From an uncultured Acidobacteriota bacterium (lineage in GTDB: Bacteria; Acidobacteriota; Vicinamibacteria; Fen-336): a stretch of 64,000 nucleotides of DNA. A program made the position numbers and the translations under genes. The stretch covers positions 23,442-87,441 of the forward strand of contig CAVUFF010000001.1 in the NCBI GenBank assembly GCA_963740655.1. Reading direction: 5' to 3'. Below, one piece after another: positions 54,406-64,000 of the stretch; the first letter of the stretch is position 1; each line of letters begins with the position of its first letter. The notes under the pieces were generated by a model. It did not search any database and was not told the DNA's origin. It saw nothing but the letters and a program-made list of their open reading frames with translations.

Positions 54406-54812
54406 CCCGGAGCGAGGACGAGACGGAGGCAGTTGCCTCCGGCCTCGCGGCCGATTTCCGCGGCGGTGAGGTGGTGCTGCTGAGCGGCGAGCTCGGGGCG
54501 GGGAAGACTACCTTCGTGCGCGGCCTCGCGCGCGGGCTCGGCGCCGACCCCGCCTTTGTGTCGAGCCCGACCTTCGTGCTGCTGACGGCTTATCCCGGGC
54601 GGCTGACGCTGCACCACGCCGACCTCTACCGGCTGCGCGGGGACGGCGACGAGCGGGAGCTCGGGCTCGAGGAGCTGCCGGGAGCCGAGGGCGTCCTGGC
54701 GGTCGAGTGGGCCGAGCGACTGCGCGAGGCGCCGTGGCCGCGCGCGCTGCGCGTCCGCCTCGCGCACGCCGGCGAGGAGCGGCGCGCGATCCGCATCGAG
54801 GGCGAGGCGTGA
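54402..54812 (+). CDS. tsaE: t6A biosynthesis ATPase TsaE
   Basis: GELGAGKTTF, SSPTF, HADLYR and VEWAE. Confidence 0.94.
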   Translation: MTRSEDETEAVASGLAADFRGGEVVLLSGELGAGKTTFVRGLARGLGADPAFVSSPTFVLLTAYPGRLTLHHADLYRLRGDGDERELGLEELPGAEGVLAVEWAERLREAPWPRALRVRLAHAGEERRAIRIEGEA

Positions 54813-56230
54813 GGCGCGCGCTCGTCGCCGCGGCCGCGCTCGCCGCTCTCGGCTGCCCGGGAGCCGGCTCGCGGCCGGACGAGCCGCGCGCCACCGCACG
54901 CAGCGTCGCGGCCGGCAACCGGCTGAACGTGCTGCTGATCACGATCGACACCCTGCGGGCCGACCACCTGGGCGCCTACGGCTACCGGCGCGCGACGAGC
55001 CCCCGGATCGACGCGCTGGCCCGCCGCGGCGCGCTCTTCGAGCAGGCCTACACCTACTGGCCGAAGACACGCGGCAGCTTCGTGGCGCTCCTGACCGGGC
55101 GGCTCGCGGCGCAGAGCGGCTACGGCAAGTCGCACCCGACGCTCGTGGACTTCAACCCCACGCTCGCGAGTGTCCTCCAGGACGCCGGCTACGACACCGC
55201 CGCCGTGGTCGACAACGCGAACGTCGCCGCCTCGCTCGGCTACTCCAAGGGCTTCAAGCGCTATCGCGAGACCTGGGAGGAAAAGGCGCTTCGGACCGAG
55301 ACCGACAAGGCGCGCGCGATCACGCAGGACGCGACCGCGTTCCTGGCCGCCGCCGATCCCGCGCGCGCCTTCCTGCTCTGGCTGCACTACGTGAGCCCGC
55401 ACGCGCCCTACGAGCCGCCGGCGCCTTTCGACACGGCCTTCCTCGACGAGGCGTCCCGCAGCGGGCCCGTGCTGCAGCCGGTCGCGGGCTTCCACGGCGG
55501 AGTGCCGCGCGAGTGGGCCAGGGGCGCGCGCACGCTCGGCTACTACGTGGCGCAGTACGACGGCGAGATCGCGGCCGCCGACGCCGAGGTGGGGTCCGTG
55601 CTCGACGCGCTCGAGCGCTCGGGCGTGCGCGACCGCACGCTCGTGCTCCTCGCCTCCGACCACGGCGAGAGCCTGGGCGAGCACGACTACTACTTCGACC
55701 ACGGCGAGAACCTGTTCGACCCGTCGCTGCGCATCCCGCTGATCCTGGCCGGGCCGGGGATCAAGGCCGGCGCGCGCTCGCGCGAGCTCGCGAGCACGCT
55801 CGACATCGTGCCGACGCTGCTCGACGCGCTCAAGGTCTCGTACCCGCCCGACCTCGCGGGCGTGAGCCTGCTGGGCGCCGCGCGCGGCGAGCCGCTCGCG
55901 CGCCAGAGGCTGCCCGGGCAGAACGACCGCAATCTGCTCGCCGCCTGGGACCGGCGCTTCAAGCTGGTGGCGACGCCGGTCGAGAGCGGGGCGCGCTACG
56001 CGCTCTACGACCGGCTCTCCGACCCCGGCGAGACGCACGACGCGGGACCCGCGAACGCGAGCGTGCTGCGCGAGCAAAGGCGCGAGCTGGAGCTTTTCCG
56101 TGAGAGGATCGATGCGCAGCTCGTCCGCACCCGGCGGCTGCTCGAGGGCCGGCCGGGAACCGAGACGCTCACCCTCGAAGCGTGCGAGAGGCTGAAGGCC
56201 CTGGGCTACCTCGTGCCGGGCTGCAGCTGA
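54809..56230 (+). CDS. Sulfatase-like alkaline-phosphatase-superfamily lipoprotein
   Basis: NVLLITIDTLRADHL, PHAPY, YDGEI and SDHGE; lipobox-like ALGC. Confidence 0.85.
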   Translation: MRRALVAAAALAALGCPGAGSRPDEPRATARSVAAGNRLNVLLITIDTLRADHLGAYGYRRATSPRIDALARRGALFEQAYTYWPKTRGSFVALLTGRLAAQSGYGKSHPTLVDFNPTLASVLQDAGYDTAAVVDNANVAASLGYSKGFKRYRETWEEKALRTETDKARAITQDATAFLAAADPARAFLLWLHYVSPHAPYEPPAPFDTAFLDEASRSGPVLQPVAGFHGGVPREWARGARTLGYYVAQYDGEIAAADAEVGSVLDALERSGVRDRTLVLLASDHGESLGEHDYYFDHGENLFDPSLRIPLILAGPGIKAGARSRELASTLDIVPTLLDALKVSYPPDLAGVSLLGAARGEPLARQRLPGQNDRNLLAAWDRRFKLVATPVESGARYALYDRLSDPGETHDAGPANASVLREQRRELELFRERIDAQLVRTRRLLEGRPGTETLTLEACERLKALGYLVPGCS

Positions 56231-56277
56231 GGGCCGAGCCGAGGCCGGCGAGCGGTCTCATCGCGGGAGAAGGGGAC

Positions 56278-57459
56278 GTGGAGACGAGGCAGGAGGTCGC
56301 CGACCTGTCGCGCGTGCTCGCAGCCGACGAGATCGGCCGCGTGCGCAACCTGGGCTGGTCCGGCGTGCTGGCGCTCAGCCAGGGCGAGGTGTCCAAGGGC
56401 ATCTATTTCCTCGACGGCGCGATCGTCTTCGCCGCCTCGACGGTGGAGGAGGATCGGCTGGGCGCCTGCCTGTTCCGCGCCGGCCGGATCTCCGAGTCGC
56501 AGTTCCGCGCCGCGATGCGCGAGGTCGAGGCGTCGGGCTACCCGCTCGGCTACGTGCTGGTCGAGTCGCGCGTGCTGCGCCCGGACGAGCTCAAGGGCGC
56601 CCTCGCGGCCCAGGTCGAGAGGATCGTGCTGTCGGTCCTGCGCTGGACGAGCGGCTCGCTCCGCCAGCAGCCGATGGACCGGCCGCTGCCCGCCGACCAG
56701 GCGCTGGAGGTCGACACCAACCGGCTGCTGCTGCTCGGCATGCGCCAGTTCCCGGACGCCGAGCGGCTGGAGCGCGCGCTCGGCGATCCCGGCCGCCGGC
56801 TGCGGCGCGTCTCGCCGCCGTCCTTCGACTACGAGCAGATCGAGGCTTCGCCCGCGGAGCGCGCGGCGCTGGCGCTCTGCGCGCGCGGCGCCCCGCTCGG
56901 GCAGCTCCTGGCCCTGCCGCACCCGCGCCCCCAGATGGTGCGCGCGGTCCACGCTCTGCTGTCGGGCTGCCTGATCGAGGACGCTCCCTCGCTGCCCGAG
57001 CCGGCGCGGCGGAGCGAGCCCGCCCCGGACGCCCGCGAGGAGGCCGAGGCCCCGCCCGAGGACGAGGAAACGCCGCCACGCACGGCCGAGGAAGCGGAGC
57101 AGCTCGCGCGGCGGCTGCTCGAGCGCGGCCAGCGCGACCGGGCGGTCGTGCTGCTGCGCGAGATCCTGGAGCGCCATCCCGCGGCGCGCGGGCCAAAGCG
57201 GCTGCTGGCGCTCACGCTCGCGCGCGACGGCGGCTTCCAGGCCCCGGTCGAGCGCCTGCTGCTCGACCTGCTCGAGGTCGACCCGCACGACAACGAGCTG
57301 CGCTACGCGCTCGCCACCTACTACCGCAAGGCGGGCATGACCGCGCGCGCGATCCTGCAGCTGCGGATCGTGCTCTCCGCCGACTCCAGCCACGCGGCGG
57401 CGTGGCGCGACCTGGGCGAGCTCGAGGCCGGGCCGGCGTCGCCTCCGCGCCGCCGCTAG
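56278..57459 (+). CDS. DUF4388-domain protein with C-terminal TPR-like helices
   Basis: SGVLAL...KGIYFLDGAIVFAAS...RLGACL. Confidence 0.75.
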   Translation: METRQEVADLSRVLAADEIGRVRNLGWSGVLALSQGEVSKGIYFLDGAIVFAASTVEEDRLGACLFRAGRISESQFRAAMREVEASGYPLGYVLVESRVLRPDELKGALAAQVERIVLSVLRWTSGSLRQQPMDRPLPADQALEVDTNRLLLLGMRQFPDAERLERALGDPGRRLRRVSPPSFDYEQIEASPAERAALALCARGAPLGQLLALPHPRPQMVRAVHALLSGCLIEDAPSLPEPARRSEPAPDAREEAEAPPEDEETPPRTAEEAEQLARRLLERGQRDRAVVLLREILERHPAARGPKRLLALTLARDGGFQAPVERLLLDLLEVDPHDNELRYALATYYRKAGMTARAILQLRIVLSADSSHAAAWRDLGELEAGPASPPRRR

Positions 57460-57463
57460 AGCC

Positions 57464-58090
57464 TCAGCGCTCCTCGCCTCCTGCGCGCGACGTCGTCACC
57501 CCCAGCGCCTGGACCGCGTCGAGGTCCGCGCCTTCGGTCTTCGTGCCGCCGGGGCACGGGAAGAGCTCGCCGTCCTCGACGCGCACGTAGCGCGCCTGCG
57601 TCACGCCGGCCGTAGCGAGGTCGAAGTCGCAATAGCCCTGGATGCCGTGGTAGGGGTTGCCGCAGGCCTTGAAGGCCTCGACGAGCGTGAACGGGCCGTC
57701 GGGTCCGGTCGAGACGTAGACGCTCACCGGCTCGCTCGAGACCGCCTGGAAGACCCGGAGGTCGGCGCCGGAGCGGTCGTCGATGCAGCCGCCGAGGTCC
57801 AGCGTCACGTGGCCCCCGAAGCCGAGGCTGATGAAGCCGCTGTAGCTCACCGGCCCGCTGCCGGCGGCGTCGGGAGGGCCGAGCGCGGCCTGCGGGTCGG
57901 TGTAGATGTTCTGGGCGAGCGAGCAGGCGGGCAGCCACGACTCGACGACCGCCCTGGCGTACGCCGATGGCGTCCCGGTACAGGCGACGGGCGACGCGGA
58001 GGGCGACGGCGACGGCATCGGCATCGGGTCCGTTCCGCAGGCGGTCGCGAGCAGGAAGGGGGCGAGCCGCAGCCCGAGGCTGCGCCTCAC
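57464..58090 (-). CDS. Putative surface lipoprotein
   Basis: Lipobox ATAC, Pro/Ser linker, ALGPPD...SLGFGG...RYVRVED...GADLDAV. Confidence 0.7.
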   Translation of the reverse strand: MRRSLGLRLAPFLLATACGTDPMPMPSPSPSASPVACTGTPSAYARAVVESWLPACSLAQNIYTDPQAALGPPDAAGSGPVSYSGFISLGFGGHVTLDLGGCIDDRSGADLRVFQAVSSEPVSVYVSTGPDGPFTLVEAFKACGNPYHGIQGYCDFDLATAGVTQARYVRVEDGELFPCPGGTKTEGADLDAVQALGVTTSRAGGEER

Positions 58091-58788
58091 CGCGCCCCGC
58101 TGCGGCCGCAGGCCCGAAACGCCGCGCCGCCGCGCTCTCCGGCCAGGAAGTCGAGGAACGCGCGGACCGCGTCCGGCCGAGCGCTCGCGCGCACGCCGAG
58201 CGCCCTCGCCCGCAGCGGTGGCACGTCGAGGCGCGTGACGGGCATCGAGCCGGCGAGGCTCAGCGGAACGACCACGGCCTCGCCGGGCTGGAGGCGGATC
58301 GGCTCACGCGGCTCGCGCCCCGAGCGGTCGCCGCGCTCGGAGCGCGCGGGGGCCACGCCCTGGAGCGCCAGCCGGCGCCAGGTCTCGCGCGCCACCGTGC
58401 CCCCGAGCACGTCCACGAGCCGGGACGGATGGGCGACCGACTGGAGGCTCGGCGCCTCGCCGCCGATCGGGCCGGCCAGCACCCACGGGATGCTGGCGAC
58501 GTCCAGCTCCTGGTCGGGATGCGTCATGCCCGACTCGATCACGCGGTTGAGCTCGGAGTCGGCGGCCACCACGACGTCGGCGCCGGCCACGGAGTCTGGG
58601 CTGAAGATGGCCGCGGTCTCGACCGCCGCAGCACGCCCGGTCGCGCGCTGGTACTCGGAGGCTGCCGCGGCCGCGCAGGGCTCCACGGCCGGGCTCGCCT
58701 TGATCCTGAGCGGCGCTCCGGCGGGGGCGGCAGCCGCGGCCAGCGCGAGGAGGGCGGCGAGCGTGGGCGTCACGCTGAGCCGCCTCAT
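58087..58788 (-). CDS. Secreted protein, degenerate solute-binding-like
   Basis: Signal peptide; C-terminal AVRAFLDFLAGERGGAAF resembles ModA-type ends. Confidence 0.5.
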   Translation of the reverse strand: MRRLSVTPTLAALLALAAAAAPAGAPLRIKASPAVEPCAAAAASEYQRATGRAAAVETAAIFSPDSVAGADVVVAADSELNRVIESGMTHPDQELDVASIPWVLAGPIGGEAPSLQSVAHPSRLVDVLGGTVARETWRRLALQGVAPARSERGDRSGREPREPIRLQPGEAVVVPLSLAGSMPVTRLDVPPLRARALGVRASARPDAVRAFLDFLAGERGGAAFRACGRSGAR

Positions 58789-59324
58789 GCCGGCTCCAGC
58801 GACCACTGGTGGTCGCTCGCGAACAGGCAGTAGCCGCCTTCGATCGGGTTGCCCGTGGGATCCGAGGCGAGGCTCAGCTCGATCTCGCCGAACGCCGTGC
58901 CGCTCGCGCGCGCGCGACCGCCCGAGGCCGTGGCCGCGGTGCCGTCGGTCATGACCCGCATCCAGATCCGGTACTGGCCCTCGGTGTCGAGGCCGAGTTC
59001 GCTCGTCGAGGCGGCGGACGGACCGTGCAGGCGCGTCCCCTGCCGCAGCAGCACGAAGCGGCCGTTGTCGGGAGTCTGCGTCGACGACGCGGGAATCCCG
59101 GACACCTCGGCGCCGGCGCTCACCGGCGCCTCCGCCACGTTCATCACGACGCTGAGCGGACCGACCTGCGTACCGGCCGGACAGCTGCGGCTCACGGTGA
59201 GGGTGAGCCGGTAGCGGCCCGAGAACGCCGGCACCGACTGTGCTCCCGTCGGCGTCGCCACGAACAGCCCGAGCAGCAGGCCCGCAACGGCAGTGGGCCA
59301 CGGAGACGATGTCCTCGGCTTCAT
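58785..59324 (-). CDS. Secreted hypothetical protein
   Basis: Signal peptide ending TGA-Q; beta-rich; coupled stop/start. Confidence 0.6.
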   Translation of the reverse strand: MKPRTSSPWPTAVAGLLLGLFVATPTGAQSVPAFSGRYRLTLTVSRSCPAGTQVGPLSVVMNVAEAPVSAGAEVSGIPASSTQTPDNGRFVLLRQGTRLHGPSAASTSELGLDTEGQYRIWMRVMTDGTAATASGGRARASGTAFGEIELSLASDPTGNPIEGGYCLFASDHQWSLEPA

Positions 59325-59353
59325 ACTGCTGACGCGAGGGCGATCGTGCACGC

Positions 59354-60987
59354 TCACTTCACCCCCATGCAGCGCGCGCAGACGTCGAGCAGGCGGCCGT
59401 CGACCATGTCCTCGAGGCGCTTCTTGCGGGTCTCGCCGCGCCAGACCGCCTCGATCGAGCTCGCGAAGACGTTCGCGGTCTTGGTGCGGCCCTCGTAGTC
59501 CGTGCAGCAGCTCACCACGTCCCCGTTCCACAGCACGACGAACTGGTCGTGCGGCGCCGGGCAATAGGTGTCGACGACCTTTTCCGGGGGGTGTTGCGCC
59601 ACACCCCCCGGACCCCCCGCTCGCTCCGGCGGAGTGAATTCGCCTCCGCTCGCAGCCTGTGGCTGTGGGTCATCGTGCGTCCCGATCACGTTGCCCCAGG
59701 TGTGGCAGCGCTTCCAGATGAGGTGCACGCCTTCGAGCAGCTCGTAGCGGCTGCCGTTCTCGTCGCGGTCGAGCAGGTGCGCGGCGCGGACCTTGTCGAT
59801 GTCGTGCGCGCGCGGCTCGAGGCCGTAGCGCGTCTCGAGCTCGCGGCAGTAGGCGATCCAGTCCGCGAGGAAGCTGAGGGCCTGCTCGTCCTCGCTGACG
59901 ATGCGGTAGCCGTCCGCGTACTTCGTGTTCATGATGTCGATCTCGATGTTCGTGCGCGCGCCGAGCGCGACCTTGCGCTCGAGGGCCAGGCGCACCTTGT
60001 CGCGGTACTCGTCGAACACGAGCTTCGGAGCCTTGCGCGTCTTGAAGCTCTCCGGGTCGGGCGTCTGGTAGGAGAGGATCAGGTTGGTGAGCCCGGCGCG
60101 GTAGAGCGCCTCGACGCGCTCCTCGGTGATGAGGCCGCAGTTCGTGTTCAGCTCGATCGGGACGCCGCGCTCTTCCGCGTACGCCACGATCTCGGGCAGC
60201 TCGGGATGCAGCATCGGCTCGCCCATCTGGTGCAGCTTCACGGGGAAGAGCGGCCCCAGGAACGAGCGCTTCTGCGCGATCTCGTCCACCAGCCGGAACA
60301 CGCGCTCCTTCTTCATGAAGCCGCGGCGGCGGTCCATGATCTCGTCCGGGCACCAGGTGCACTTGAAGTTGCAGGCGTTCGTGATCTCCACGAACAGGTA
60401 GTTGATCGGGTAGAAGCGGCCCGGCAGCTTTCGAAGCTCGGGCACGGGCGCCGTGGCCGAAAGGCTCGCGAGGTCGGGCGGGGGAGCGAGGCTCACCGCG
60501 ACCCGCGTGATCAGAAGCTCGCGGCGGAACTCGAAGCGGAACGACGCCCCGAGGTTCTGGCTGCGCGCCGCCTCGAAGTCCGGCAGCTCGAACACGGCGC
60601 GCCGGAAGCGCTTCAGGCCCACGGCGTCCGGCTGCCAGCGCTGCGCGGCCGCCTTGTAGAGCCCCTCCTCGGTAGCAGCGCGGTCTGTCGAGGCGTACTG
60701 CAGCCGGAACTCCCCGTAGTTGGCTGCCGAAGTACTCGACCTCGACGAAGAGCCGGCCCTGCGCGCGTCTGCGGAAGCCCTCCGGCAGCACGCGTACAGG
60801 TAGTACGCGGACTGCGTCGGACGCAGGCAGGAGCGGCCGGCGACCGTCGTCGTCTCCCAGGTCCCGTCGTGGTCCGACGGGATGGCGAAGTCGCCGGCGG
60901 GGCCTTGGGGTCCGACGCGGACCTCGAGCCGGTCCGTGCCGCCGAGCAGGCGCGCGAGGCCGCTGCCGAAGCGGGCGAGCGCGGTGC

Positions 60988-60991
<4 letters not shown>
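59354..60991 (-). CDS. Radical SAM protein with SPASM/twitch domain and N-terminal beta-sandwich-like domain (local compensating frameshift)
   Basis: [20 protein letters not shown]...WNGDVVSCC and CARC. Confidence 0.88.
59584..59663. repeat. Structured dispersed repeat copy B, inside the radical SAM CDS
   Basis: 71/80 identity to 20311-20390. Confidence 0.85.

Positions 60992-64000
<3,009 letters not shown>

Noticed and set aside
57988-58030. GGCGAC/GGCATC short tandem repeats
   Set aside because: Encode an ordinary Pro/Ser lipoprotein linker.

Overview
High-GC bacterial chromosome segment. The VWA-domain, DUF4388 and sulfatase-like genes suggest Acidobacteriota/Vicinamibacteria, by inference only. 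Frameshifts in housekeeping genes (glyS, ppdK, mutL, nnr, guaB) point to an error-prone long-read consensus. The main accessory feature is a ~14.3 kb element (2768-17119) bounded by an exact 24-bp direct repeat that is the 3' end of an NtrC-family regulator gene. It carries a tyrosine integrase, an SF2 helicase, an AEP primase-polymerase/ATPase, an iteron-like origin, a PD-(D/E)xK nuclease, a terminase large subunit and a HicBA-like pair. No capsid, portal or tail gene is recognisable, so it is a candidate phage satellite of unusual gene content; two C-depleted tracts inside it (~2.3 kb total) are unreadable and probably sequencing artefacts. The rest is mostly core genome: degP-like protease, rnpB, hemA/C/D, rpsA, IHF/HU, dapF, apaG, recO, glyQS, ppdK, vapBC, mutL, uppP, nnr, tsaE, guaB, secA. 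Other notable items are an 80-bp structured dispersed repeat with compensatory base changes (one copy in-frame inside a radical SAM gene) and a putative sigma54-driven comEA / pseudopilin / catalytically altered Hsp70 operon.
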